The notes under the pieces: generated by a model
Seen by the model: only the letters and a program-made list of their open reading frames with translations
Databases searched by the model: none
What the model was told of the DNA's origin: nothing
Shown: positions 37,162 through 46,812 of the stretch, piece by piece
Numbering within the stretch: the first letter of the stretch is position 1
Layout of the letters: the number at the start of each line of letters is the position of its first letter
Program-made: the position numbers and the translations under genes
Source: Chloroflexota bacterium
GTDB taxonomy: Bacteria > Chloroflexota > UBA11872 > VXOZ01
Assembly (NCBI GenBank): GCA_964291655.2
Contig: OZ219802.1
Coordinates: 672,001-736,000, forward strand
Length of the DNA stretch: 64,000 bases
Reading direction: 5' to 3'

Positions 37162-38718
37162 TCAGAAACGCAAGGGACGACCAGGGGCAGGAAGAACCAC
37201 CTCAATATCGTCGTACTCAAGCCCCTCCTCGAAGAACTGAGGCTTCTCAGTGTGAATTGGAACGAGCTGTTGCGGTCGGATCTGTCGGATTATGTCGATT
37301 AGCTCGGCACCGCTGGCGTGGCCGGAGGCGTGCAGCTTCACGTCTGAGGCTTTGTCCAGACCGTGGGCTTCAATGTTGAAGTGCGTTAGCCAATTGCGCA
37401 GCCGTTGGTGGTCTATTTCCATTTCTTCGTTGAAAGCCTCGCTGCTGGAGTAGATGTACGCTGCCGGCACGTTTTCCAAGCTCGACAACTCATTAATATC
37501 CCAAAAAGAGAAGCAGAGAATATACTGGCTGGGGTTTTCACGAATTTCTTCGGCACTCACCACCATGGCGTGATGTCGCTCAAGAAGCTTTTTCTCCCAC
37601 GTATCTGACTGAGCGCGTGCCTTTTGGTAAAGCGCGAAGTCTGCCTCCGACCCTAGGTCTGGCACCTCGTCGGGAGCCGCACGGTGCATCGCTTCCAACA
37701 GGTACGCATCTTTGTTGAGAATAGCGAGGCGTCTTCCTGTCTCTCGTGCAATCGCGTGGAAGATCAGAAGCCGTTCCACGTTTCGAGGCCCAAAGTCGGC
37801 AAAGACAAGCTTCCCTTCTGCCAGACTCACGAGCTCGGCGGCCCTTTCGTGCACGTCCTGTTCTGTAGTGCCAACAACATCATCGGCGCCGCGTGTACCT
37901 TCGCAGATCAGGACAATCGGCTTGAGCGCCGCCAATGCATCCACTGCGTGCTGGGTCTGGTCACCGCGCCGGCCGTGCAAGCGAATATCTCCGGTATATG
38001 CCACCCATCCAGCGGATGTCTCCACAGCAAACGCTGCCGCGCCATAGATGGAATGGTCGACTGGAAACCACCGCAGCTTGCTGTCCGCGCCAATTGAGTC
38101 GCCGGCTACCTCCACTGGCACAGGCGCCATTTTTCTTCTCGCTTGCGGCATCTCGTTCCAAAACTGCTCTCCATTCAAGGAAAGTTGCCCGTCGAGCAGG
38201 CGCAGCGGACGCTGCCACGCCGGTGCACCGCGAATGGATTGCAGTACGCCGTCTTTGCTCTCGCGCGGAGACGCATAGGTAGTGTCCGCTTCAAAGCCCG
38301 ACCTACCACTGTCCTGAACGGCTTTGGAAATCAGCGCCGTCAGCGCAGTAGTGTAGACAGGAATGTCGAGGCGTAGGAATGATACGGAACCGGTATGGTC
38401 CAGATGCGCATGGCTCAACAGCACGCCGTCCACATGATCCACCGTGCGATAGAGCGGCTTTGACTGCCACAACCCCCAAAAACCTCTGTCCGGCTCCAAG
38501 TCGGGTCGATAGATTCCTTGCAGGGGCGGCAATAGTCCGGTCTGAAAATAATCGTGCAAACCGAAACCCGATCGCGGCTTGAGGAACTCCTCGAAAAATC
38601 GCCCCTGCACCTTGAAAGAGGTGCCAAAGTCAAAGAAGAGGCGGGTTAGGCCATCCTCAAGCAGGATCTTATTGCCACCTATCTCTTCACACCCACCATA
38701 GAAGTACAGTTCAGGCAT
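37162..38718 (-). CDS. Metallo-beta-lactamase / beta-CASP ribonuclease (RNase J-like)
   Basis: GG.EEIGGN, FDFG, SHAHLDH, VDHS, YTGD.R.HG, EGT, HASGHA, PIHTE. Confidence 0.85.
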   Translation of the reverse strand: MPELYFYGGCEEIGGNKILLEDGLTRLFFDFGTSFKVQGRFFEEFLKPRSGFGLHDYFQTGLLPPLQGIYRPDLEPDRGFWGLWQSKPLYRTVDHVDGVLLSHAHLDHTGSVSFLRLDIPVYTTALTALISKAVQDSGRSGFEADTTYASPRESKDGVLQSIRGAPAWQRPLRLLDGQLSLNGEQFWNEMPQARRKMAPVPVEVAGDSIGADSKLRWFPVDHSIYGAAAFAVETSAGWVAYTGDIRLHGRRGDQTQHAVDALAALKPIVLICEGTRGADDVVGTTEQDVHERAAELVSLAEGKLVFADFGPRNVERLLIFHAIARETGRRLAILNKDAYLLEAMHRAAPDEVPDLGSEADFALYQKARAQSDTWEKKLLERHHAMVVSAEEIRENPSQYILCFSFWDINELSSLENVPAAYIYSSSEAFNEEMEIDHQRLRNWLTHFNIEAHGLDKASDVKLHASGHASGAELIDIIRQIRPQQLVPIHTEKPQFFEEGLEYDDIEVVLPAPGRPLRF

Positions 38719-38920
38719 GTGGAAGTCCTGTCAAGTAATTCCTAATCGCCAGTACTGCCAAGTCAATCCCTTTCACCTTTCTGTGAAACGCTAAAGAGAT
38801 TGGTGGGGAACGCGAAGAACACCCCAAACCCGGCCCTCTCCCCCAAGGAGAGGGGGTCTCTTTCGACCGCCCGCTTAGGCTGTCGCCAGCCTTGATTTTG
38901 CAACGGTCTCCAAATGCAAT

Positions 38921-38948
38921 GTAGGGGCGGTTCGCGAACCGCCCCTAC
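38921..38948. repeat. REP family A, solitary perfect copy (REP family D remnant at ~38821-38856)
   Basis: GTAGGGGCGGTTCGCGAACCGCCCCTAC perfect palindrome. Confidence 0.85.
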
Positions 38949-39027
38949 ATCATACTATTCCTATTGTCGTCAAGCCCTATTGGCTGGCAATGCTTGTTAG
39001 CTCCGCCGCTCTAGCCTCCATCCATGT

Positions 39028-41139
39028 CTAGATGAACAACGGCGCCAGTACCAGCGTAATCGTGGAAAAGAGCTTGATAAGCACGTGGAGGGACGGACCC
39101 GCCGTGTCCTTGAGCGGATCGCCAACCGTATCACCGACCACCGCCGCGTGATGGGCCACCGTATTCTTGCCGATCACATTACCGTCGGCATCTTTCAAAT
39201 GGCCTGCCTCGATGAACTTCTTCGCGTTATCCCACGCGCCGCCGCCGTTATTGAGGATGGTCGCCAGGATAATACCGGACATCGTACCCACCATCAGAAA
39301 CGCCGCTTCCGCCTCCCAGCGGAGCACAACGCCGACAGCAATCGGGGCCGCTACCGCGAGCAGGCCGGGCAGGATCATTTCGCGGAGGGCCGAGCGTGTC
39401 GTAATATCCACGCAGCGCGCGTAATCGGGCCGCACGGTGCCTTCCATGATGCCGGGTTCCTCTGCGAACTGGCGCCGGACCTCCTCGATGATATCACTGG
39501 CCGCACGCCCCACGGCGCGGATGGCCAGGGCGCTAAAGAGAAAGACCACCATAGCCCCAATGAATCCACCGATAAAGACCTCGACCTTTACCAAGTCCAC
39601 CTGGATCGCCTCATGGGGCAGGCCCGTCATGTGCCGCACCTCATCGAGAAAAGCCTGGAAGAGCAGGAACGCCGCCAGACCGGCGGAACCGATCGCGTAG
39701 CCCTTGGTGAGGGCCTTGGTCGTGTTGCCTACCGAGTCGAGCTGGTCTGTGATTACACGGGCCTCTTCCGGCGCATCCGACATCTCGGTGATTCCGCCGG
39801 CGTTGTCCGTAATCGGACCGAAGGTATCCATGGAAAGCACGTAGGCCGCGCTCATGAGCATGCCCATGGTCGCTACCGCAGTCGCGTAGATGCCCTTCAC
39901 CGCCGAGCTGACACCCTCCACCTCGGCCAGTGTGCCGAGCCAGAACGAGAGACCCAGCGCCAAGACAATTGCCAGCACCGACGTGGCGGTTGTTTCGAGT
40001 CCAATCGCAAAGCCGCTGATGATATTCGTGGCCGGGCCGGTCTTGGAAGCTTCCGCAATCTCTTTCACCGGACGCCAGCTACCGGACGTGTAGTACTGGG
40101 TAATGTACACAAAAGCCAGACTGGTCAGAATGCCAACGGTGCCTGCCCAGAAGAACATCAGGTCTTCCAGCAGATAGTAGACCGAAACGAACATGAAGAT
40201 GATTGAAAGGACCGTGATGACGTAGTAACCCTTGTTGAGGGCATTCATTGGGTTTGCCGGATTGGCGCCACGGGCCAGCATAACGCCGACAATGGACGCA
40301 ACCAGTCCGAACGCACGCACGATAAGCGGGAAGAGCACCCATGCCAGATTGTTGGTTGCAACCGCCAGGCTCGCGCCCAAAATCATCGCACCGATATTCT
40401 CTGCAGCCGTCGACTCGAAGAGGTCGGCGCCGCGGCCGGCACAGTCGCCGACATTGTCACCCACCAAGTCAGCAATGACCGCCGCATTACGGGGGTCATC
40501 TTCCGGAATGCCCTGCTCAACCTTGCCCACCAAGTCCGCGCCGACGTCGGCGGCCTTCGTATAGATACCACCGCCCAGCTGCGCGAACAGCGCCACAAAG
40601 CTGGCGCCAAAACCAAAGCCGACAATGCTGCTTACAACCGAAAGGGAATTATCCGGCGTGAGGTTATTTCCGCCATAGACCAACAACATCGCGCCGACAC
40701 CGATGAGACTCAGCGCCACCACGAGAAAACCGGATACAGCGCCACCGCGCAGCGAGACCTTCAGTGCCTCTTCCAAGCTCGAACGCGCCGCGTTGGCCGC
40801 GCGTCCGTTGGACTGCACCGCAATATACATGCCGACAAAGCCGGAGATACCCGAACAGATCGCCCCTACCAAGAAGGCCACCGAAGTCTTGATGCCAAGT
40901 TCGACATCAGATGCAAAGTAGCCGATGATAGCGCCAATCACGATCGCCGCCACAATCGCCAGTACTGCGATCGTGCGGTATTGCCGATTGAGGAAGGCGG
41001 TTGCACCTTCGAAAATCGTCTCCGCGATTTCCCGCATCTGCTCGGTACCGCGATCACGCCGCAACACATCGTACGCAAGCCAAATTGCGAAAATCACAGA
41101 AATCAGACAGGCTATGGGGACTGCCCAGACAAGTTCCAC
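39028..41139 (-). CDS. hppA: Membrane-bound H+-translocating pyrophosphatase, K+-independent type
   Basis: GGGIYTKAADVGADLVGKVE..IPEDDPRN, DNVGD, GNTTKA, GDTVGDP.KDTAGP; GTG after GGGAGG. Confidence 0.95.
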   Translation of the reverse strand: MELVWAVPIACLISVIFAIWLAYDVLRRDRGTEQMREIAETIFEGATAFLNRQYRTIAVLAIVAAIVIGAIIGYFASDVELGIKTSVAFLVGAICSGISGFVGMYIAVQSNGRAANAARSSLEEALKVSLRGGAVSGFLVVALSLIGVGAMLLVYGGNNLTPDNSLSVVSSIVGFGFGASFVALFAQLGGGIYTKAADVGADLVGKVEQGIPEDDPRNAAVIADLVGDNVGDCAGRGADLFESTAAENIGAMILGASLAVATNNLAWVLFPLIVRAFGLVASIVGVMLARGANPANPMNALNKGYYVITVLSIIFMFVSVYYLLEDLMFFWAGTVGILTSLAFVYITQYYTSGSWRPVKEIAEASKTGPATNIISGFAIGLETTATSVLAIVLALGLSFWLGTLAEVEGVSSAVKGIYATAVATMGMLMSAAYVLSMDTFGPITDNAGGITEMSDAPEEARVITDQLDSVGNTTKALTKGYAIGSAGLAAFLLFQAFLDEVRHMTGLPHEAIQVDLVKVEVFIGGFIGAMVVFLFSALAIRAVGRAASDIIEEVRRQFAEEPGIMEGTVRPDYARCVDITTRSALREMILPGLLAVAAPIAVGVVLRWEAEAAFLMVGTMSGIILATILNNGGGAWDNAKKFIEAGHLKDADGNVIGKNTVAHHAAVVGDTVGDPLKDTAGPSLHVLIKLFSTITLVLAPLFI

Positions 41140-41140
41140 G

Positions 41141-42223
41141 TTACTGTGTACCTCCCGTCGTTGGCACGACACTCTGCTTCAACACCTCGCTCAAGGCGCT
41201 GAAGAATATTTCCATTTCTTCTTCCGTTCCAATCGTAATGCGCAGGTAACGCTCCAAACCGTGCTGACGGAAGTAACGCACCAACACCTTCTGCGCCCTT
41301 AAGGCTTCATAAACGTCAACCGCCGCATGCTGCGTCGGCTCAACAAAGAGAAAGTTCGCGTCAGAGGGATAGACTTTGCAGGGGAATTCCTGCGCCAACC
41401 TGCGAGCTACGCGTTTGCGGCGGGCGCCGATCTCCGCACAAACTGTCCGCATCCACGCGTAGTCATCCAGCGTTGCTACCGCAATCGCCTGGCTCGGTCG
41501 GCTGACACTGTAAGAGTCTCTGAGCTTCCACATGGGCTCTAGCAGTTCCGGCCGTCCGAAGGCATACCCGACGCGAACTCCCGCGAGCCCGAAAGACTTG
41601 GACATGCTTCGCGACACAATTATGTTGTCATACTGTTGTACCAGGGGCAAGGCAGAGGCCGAGGCAAAGTCAACGTATGCCTCATCCACGACCACCAAGC
41701 CCGCACACTTTTGTGCCAGTCGCTCGATCTGATCGGGTGGCGTAAACGTGCCCGTCGGCGAATTAGGATTCGAGATAGCCGTGAGCGTTGCCTGCAAACC
41801 TGCCAGTTCGTCAATCGGCACCGCAAAGTCGGGTCCCGGTTCTACGGTCTGGATGACGGCATCTTGCATGTGCGCCCAAACTTCATAATACGGATACGTA
41901 GGAAAGGTGTACGCAACGGTCTGCCCCCGGTCTACGTAAGCGCGAAAGATGAGATTGAGGATCTGGTCCGAGCCGTTATCTACATAGATCCACTCGACGT
42001 CAAGCTCGTAAATCTCCGCCAGCTTGTGGCGCAAGTCGCGCGCCAAGGGATCAGGATAGCGTGAAAGAGCCTGATTGGCTTGGCCTTCAAGCGCCGCCAG
42101 TGCCTTGGGCGAGGTGTGTGGGTTCTCATTCGTATTGAGCTTCGTCCACCCGGTTCCCTGGGGCTGCTCCCCGGGAATATAGGGCGACATCTCCTGGACG
42201 GCTTTTCGTGGGGCCGGAATCAC
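41141..42223 (-). CDS. hisC: Histidinol-phosphate aminotransferase
   Basis: Y.PGEQP, KLNTNENP, RYPD, NPNSPTG, DEAYVDF, RSMSKSFGLAG.RVG, LRITIG. Confidence 0.93.
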   Translation of the reverse strand: MIPAPRKAVQEMSPYIPGEQPQGTGWTKLNTNENPHTSPKALAALEGQANQALSRYPDPLARDLRHKLAEIYELDVEWIYVDNGSDQILNLIFRAYVDRGQTVAYTFPTYPYYEVWAHMQDAVIQTVEPGPDFAVPIDELAGLQATLTAISNPNSPTGTFTPPDQIERLAQKCAGLVVVDEAYVDFASASALPLVQQYDNIIVSRSMSKSFGLAGVRVGYAFGRPELLEPMWKLRDSYSVSRPSQAIAVATLDDYAWMRTVCAEIGARRKRVARRLAQEFPCKVYPSDANFLFVEPTQHAAVDVYEALRAQKVLVRYFRQHGLERYLRITIGTEEEMEIFFSALSEVLKQSVVPTTGGTQ

Positions 42224-42583
42224 TGGCAGTATCCCTTCCTGCTCGCGTACCTTACCACCATGTATTCCGCTAGAATCAGCTCTCTGACAACCGAGGCCGC
42301 TTCTAGTTTAGGAGTATCCAAGAATCGGCCATTAGCAATAACGCCGCTATGGTGGCAACTGGGGCATTATAGCGAACATTGTGAATGCTGTCACGTGGAG
42401 AGCACCTAAGACAGAATGCTACTACTGCTAACAGGCATAGACCCATTGTTTGGGCACAAGCCGGCCGGATTCTGCACCGCTTTGACCTTGTGCAGGCAGC
42501 GTGCTGTTGCCGCATACATGTTAGAAAGGCCCCTCACAACAGCGTGTTAGGCTCGTGAATACGCCAGTCGCAACTTAAGCTAC

Positions 42584-42618
42584 GGAGGCGGAGAATCCCA
42601 TGTGGATTCTCCGCCTCC
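42584..42618. terminator. 15-bp-stem hairpin downstream of the SBP gene
   Basis: GGAGGCGGAGAATCC-CATGT-GGATTCTCCGCCTCC. Confidence 0.65.
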
Positions 42619-42640
42619 ATCATATGCACGTACGAACAGA

Positions 42641-43993
42641 CTACTGGATGCAGCCGCCTTCGGCCAGCCAGTTCTCCAACTGTCCCTGGGTGCGATCCAA
42701 AGCTTCAGGCACAGTGAGGCTGCCCTCTACCAACTCTGCCCACGTCTCCGACCAAGCAGCATTGAAATCAGCCTGCTTGAGGATAGTGGGGGTGATGCGG
42801 CTATTTGCAGCCTGCATCAGGTAGACGTCGACATCTTCATAGTCGGTGGTTGTGGCCGGCGTAATGTTCTTGTTGGCCACATAGCGCCCACCGCCCATGG
42901 CTCCGACCTCGTCAACAACGTCGGCGCTGACCGTGTGCTTCAGGAACTCCCAGCCGCCGTCGGGGTTCACGCCGGAACCGCCAAGATACATGGCATTATT
43001 CGCCAATGCGACGGGACGTCCGGCGGGGCCGCTCGGCATCGGCGCCATGCCGATCTCAAAGAGCTGCTCCGGTGTGATGTTGGCTTCAAACGTGCGGACG
43101 TTAAAGGAGCCGGTATTGAACATAGCCTGGGTGCCCTTGATATAGGAGCCGCCCATCACCTTGTGTTTCAGCGCCACGTCCACGTGGAACTGTACCGCGT
43201 CGCGGAAGGAGTCGGTCGTAAAGGTGGGCATTGTGCAGCCCTCATCCCAGAAATCGGCGCCATACGCCCAGGCGTACATGCAGAGGTAGGAAGTGAAACC
43301 AGCATAAAGCTGCACGCCGCCCTGCACGATCTCGTCGCCTTCAACCTTGGTCAGCAGCTTTGCAGCCTCCAGGAGCGCTTCCCAGGTCCACGCGCCATCC
43401 GCTTCCATCTCGGTCGGGTTCTGAAGGCCGGCTTCGGTGAAGAGATTCTTGTTGAACCAGATCTCTTTGCCGTTGCTGAACCAAGCCAAGCCGTAGGTCT
43501 TACCCTGATACCGCTCTTTGGTGGCATCGTAGAAGTCATCAGGTGAAACGTCCCCATCCGCAGCCAGGTAGGGATCGATGTTTGTGATGATCTCAGACTC
43601 GATAAACGGGCCCAACCACGCAAAATAGCCGTAAATGGCGTCAAATGCGATACCGCCCGCTTGCGCCGCACCAGCCTTAGCGGGAAGTTCGCCAAAACTT
43701 GTACCCGTTACGGTGAGTTCCAGGTCCGGATGCTTGGCCTTGTACGTATCGAAAATGCTGCCCCAGGAGTTCTGCCAGATTTCATTCTGGGCCAGGTCGA
43801 CGTGCAAGTAATTGACAACCTTGGCCTCCATGGCCTCGGCTTCTTTGGCAGCCTCTTTCGGCTCCTCTTTCATCTCTTCTTCGGCCGGAGCCTCTTCCAC
43901 CATCTGCGCCTGTCCGCAGGCTGCCAAGAGCAGTCCCGCGCCAGCCAGCGCACTTCCGCCGAGAAATGTCCGGCGGGATAAACCTTTTCGCAT
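42641..43993 (-). CDS. Orphan sugar-type ABC extracellular solute-binding Tat lipoprotein
   Basis: SRRTFL...LLAAC; Y.GK.YGL, NK.LF.EAG, WTW, P.P.GP.G, W.FLK. Confidence 0.88.
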   Translation of the reverse strand: MRKGLSRRTFLGGSALAGAGLLLAACGQAQMVEEAPAEEEMKEEPKEAAKEAEAMEAKVVNYLHVDLAQNEIWQNSWGSIFDTYKAKHPDLELTVTGTSFGELPAKAGAAQAGGIAFDAIYGYFAWLGPFIESEIITNIDPYLAADGDVSPDDFYDATKERYQGKTYGLAWFSNGKEIWFNKNLFTEAGLQNPTEMEADGAWTWEALLEAAKLLTKVEGDEIVQGGVQLYAGFTSYLCMYAWAYGADFWDEGCTMPTFTTDSFRDAVQFHVDVALKHKVMGGSYIKGTQAMFNTGSFNVRTFEANITPEQLFEIGMAPMPSGPAGRPVALANNAMYLGGSGVNPDGGWEFLKHTVSADVVDEVGAMGGGRYVANKNITPATTTDYEDVDVYLMQAANSRITPTILKQADFNAAWSETWAELVEGSLTVPEALDRTQGQLENWLAEGGCIQ

Positions 43994-44250
43994 GCTCGAC
44001 CTCCTATTGCCGCATACGCTTCCCCTGTTGGCTTTTCAACCCTGAAAACAGAGGATCAGTCCCTATCTCATTAGGGCGCTCCACGCTACAAATGCACGAA
44101 TGGGAATCCCCCATCCTTGCTGTGCAAGGATAGTCTAAGCTAATACCGTAGTCAAGTGCCTAAAGAGCGATTTTCACATCTAATGTGCGTACGCAATTGA
44201 GGAGTGAATTCCCAGCAAAGAAGCGCCTTCGACCAGGCACGAAAACCGCT

Positions 44251-44604
44251 CTACCGCTTGCGAGGTTTGTCCAAGTCCCACTCTGCCCGCTGGAATTCTG
44301 CTCGCCGCAACCTGACCCGCCAGAGCCTCACCCAGAAGAGCCCAAGCGGGAGGAGAAGCGCGACTATCGCGGCAGGCGCCATCCAATGGGTGCCGATGAC
44401 GAAGATGAGCGATTCCTCGGCACTAAAGAAGAAGAGAATTGCGCCGCCAATGAAGAGCTTGATGAGAATCAGCGACCAGATAAGGATCCAGCCCGGCACC
44501 GGGCTTTCATCAATGGTTGGCTCGATGAGTTCCCGCGGACGTTCCGTGAGAAGTCGCCACACGTACTTGCCTGCACCACGCTGTCCAGCCAATTGCCGTT
44601 TCAT
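44251..44604 (-). CDS. Small hypothetical membrane protein
   Basis: Two hydrophobic segments with a basic C-terminal tail. Confidence 0.6.
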   Translation of the reverse strand: MKRQLAGQRGAGKYVWRLLTERPRELIEPTIDESPVPGWILIWSLILIKLFIGGAILFFFSAEESLIFVIGTHWMAPAAIVALLLPLGLFWVRLWRVRLRRAEFQRAEWDLDKPRKR

Positions 44605-44781
44605 AGTGTCTGATTATACCGCATTGGATCGCGACAACCAGTGCGTAATGCCTCCCTCGGGGACTATTGATGCGAAGGGCTCTAATTCAGGGGGCAGTTC
44701 GCGAGAAAACTCTTGAAGCGTGCCAGCGCCCATTCCGCCTCAGGGTCTGCTGGTCTATAATTAAAGGTAGCAGGGCTTGTT

Positions 44782-44854
44782 GCGGGAGTAGCTCAGTTGG
44801 CAGAGCGCTAGCCTTCCAAGCTGGATGTCGCGGGTTCGAGTCCCGTCTCCCGCT
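44782..44854 (+). tRNA. tRNA-Gly (TCC)
   Basis: GCGGGAG/CTCCCGC acceptor stem, D-arm GCTC/GAGC, anticodon loop CTTCCAA, T-loop GTTCGAG; CCA not encoded. Confidence 0.97.
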
Positions 44855-44939
44855 CCCTCCGTTACTCGCCATTCTCTTTCTGGCTTGAACTTGCTTTCTT
44901 TTGTTGTCTCGTTGCGTTCCGACGGCTCGCGAGAATGTA

Positions 44940-45084
44940 GCTTGCATAAGGGAACTCTCCGGCTCGTTGCCACGGACCGGCCCCGGCTCAAGAGCCCAAG
45001 GGAATGACAGCCCCGACGCATCGGTGAAGGGTTGGCTGCGAACGGGCACCAGTCAAATGGGGATCGTCACCCCTGCGAATAAGC
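44940..45084. ncRNA. Candidate rod-shaped ncRNA (6S-like?)
   Basis: Nested pairings GCTT/AAGC, GCA/TGC, GGG/CCC, CCCC/GGGG, GCCC/GGGC, CAGCC/GGCTG with internal bubbles; strand undetermined. Confidence 0.35.
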
Positions 45085-45245
45085 AAAGTACCGCATTCCA
45101 ATGAACAAAGGAGGGTCAATGTAAAGCAAAGCGCGCAGGATAGACGTGGTTTATTGCCCCGTTGACGGCTTGTTTTCCGCTCAGCACAACGGGATTCCGT
45201 ACGAATGCACACACCAAACTTTCAATCAAGAGGAGATTGCCTTTT

Positions 45246-45602
45246 ATGCCCAATCCGATCGTGCATTTTGAAATTGTCGGTTCCGATAGCGCCAAGACCC
45301 AACAATTCTACACCGAGCTCTTTGACTGGACCATAGACTCCGATAATCCGATGGACTATGGGGTGGTGAATACGGGGAGTGACCGCGGCATTGGCGGCGG
45401 CATCTTGGGCGTGGAAGAGGAGGATGATCGCACCGGAGTGAAGCTCTACATCGAGGTTGACGATCTGCAGGCCTACCTTGACAAGGCGGAGCAATTGGGT
45501 GGGAAGACCATCCTGCCGCCAACCGTAATCCCCGATATGGTGACTTTCGCGTTGTTTGCCGATCCGGACGGCACCTTGATTGGTCTCGTCAAAGGCGAGT
45601 AG
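45246..45602 (+). CDS. VOC/glyoxalase family protein
   Basis: IVHFEI, FY..LF.W, GGG, YIEV.DL, LGG, FALFADPDG; GAGGAG RBS. Confidence 0.92.
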   Translation: MPNPIVHFEIVGSDSAKTQQFYTELFDWTIDSDNPMDYGVVNTGSDRGIGGGILGVEEEDDRTGVKLYIEVDDLQAYLDKAEQLGGKTILPPTVIPDMVTFALFADPDGTLIGLVKGE

Positions 45603-45628
45603 GTCTCTGGTTTCGTCTCGAGAAATAG

Positions 45629-45662
45629 GAGCGGTGCGGCGGATTTCTCCGCCGCACCGCTC
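45629..45662. terminator. Hairpin between convergent genes
   Basis: Perfect 15-bp stem GAGCGGTGCGGCGGA-TTTC-TCCGCCGCACCGCTC. Confidence 0.7.
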
Positions 45663-45729
45663 TCCTTAATCTTGACCGCGCGATACGGCAATTTGGCGAA
45701 TGCCGCGGCAAGAGAATCCTGCGATTCAA

Positions 45730-46812
45730 CTACTCCCAGCGGAAGAAGCGCCATGAGAGCAGCGCCGAGGCAACCATGAAGAGCAATAAGACACCCATAC
45801 CTTGCAGCATGGTCGCGTACGGCGTGGCATCCACCATAACTTGCCGCAGAATGTCAGCGAGGTAGGTGAGGGGGAGCACAACGGCGACCGGACGCAAGAA
45901 TTCCGGCATGAAGTCCAGCGGAAAGAGCGCGCCGGAAAGGAACATCATGGGAAAGTTCACCATTTGTACGATGGCAATCAGCGCTTCCGCACTGGGCGCC
46001 AACGCACCCAAGAGAAAGCCCAGCGCAATGAACGCCAGCGTGCCGAAAACGACGATGCCGATGATGGCGGGCCACGACCCCACAACCTGAATTCGGAAGA
46101 GCGCCAGCGCGACACCCAGCAAAATACCCGTCTGCACTAATGCAATGGCGAGCCGGACGACAATGTTGCTCAGCAAGACCATCCAACGCGAAACCGGGGT
46201 GGCCTGGAGCCGCCGCAGCAGTCGCTGTTGCCGCTGCTCCACCAAGGTGGTGGCGCCAAAGAGCCCAAGCTGAGCCACCGAGAGGGCCAGGATTCCGGGC
46301 GCGATATAGTCGATGGGCCGGAAGTTCTCCGCCTGCACCGAATGTGTTTCTACGGTCACCAGACTCGGTTGCTGGGTAAACTCCCGTTGTACGCCTTCGA
46401 TCACCTGCTGCAAGATAGTCAACGCGGTACCGGCCGACTGCTGCTGGCTTATGTCCATATGGACGCCGATTGTGGCCACTTCGCGCCGCTGCCAGGCAGC
46501 CGAGAGATCTTCGGGAAGTATCACGACCGCGCGCCGATCGCCTCTGCCGAGCGCAGCCAGCTCAGCTTCTTCCGAACCAATCGTCAAATCGAAGAGCTCA
46601 ATTTCTTCGAGCACCTGCGCGATGGTCTGCCCGGCCGGCCCTTGATCTCGCACCACCAATCCCACCGGCATCGAGGCGCTCTCCGACTCACCGAAAGCGG
46701 AGCCGATAATGACCATCAGCACGATGGGGAATACCAGGGTCCAAAAGAGCGCTACCTTGTCACGGCCGAACTGCAGACCGGTGTAGTACGTGAGCGTCCA
46801 TAGGGCCCTCAT
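45730..46812 (-). CDS. ABC-2 type exporter permease
   Basis: RD...LFW...FP, YIAPGIL, RRL.ATP, P.MFLSG..FP...MP. Confidence 0.9.
   Translation of the reverse strand: MRALWTLTYYTGLQFGRDKVALFWTLVFPIVLMVIIGSAFGESESASMPVGLVVRDQGPAGQTIAQVLEEIELFDLTIGSEEAELAALGRGDRRAVVILPEDLSAAWQRREVATIGVHMDISQQQSAGTALTILQQVIEGVQREFTQQPSLVTVETHSVQAENFRPIDYIAPGILALSVAQLGLFGATTLVEQRQQRLLRRLQATPVSRWMVLLSNIVVRLAIALVQTGILLGVALALFRIQVVGSWPAIIGIVVFGTLAFIALGFLLGALAPSAEALIAIVQMVNFPMMFLSGALFPLDFMPEFLRPVAVVLPLTYLADILRQVMVDATPYATMLQGMGVLLLFMVASALLSWRFFRWE

Noticed and set aside
44782-44940. Integration island at tRNA-Gly
   Set aside because: No integrase nearby, and no duplicated tRNA 3' end seen in the window
44946-44990. 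Cobalamin riboswitch (AAGGGAA..TCCG..CGGA.CGGCCCCG resemblance)
   Set aside because: Lacks the GTG.AA.TC T-loop, ACTGTA and the B12 box; the downstream gene is unrelated
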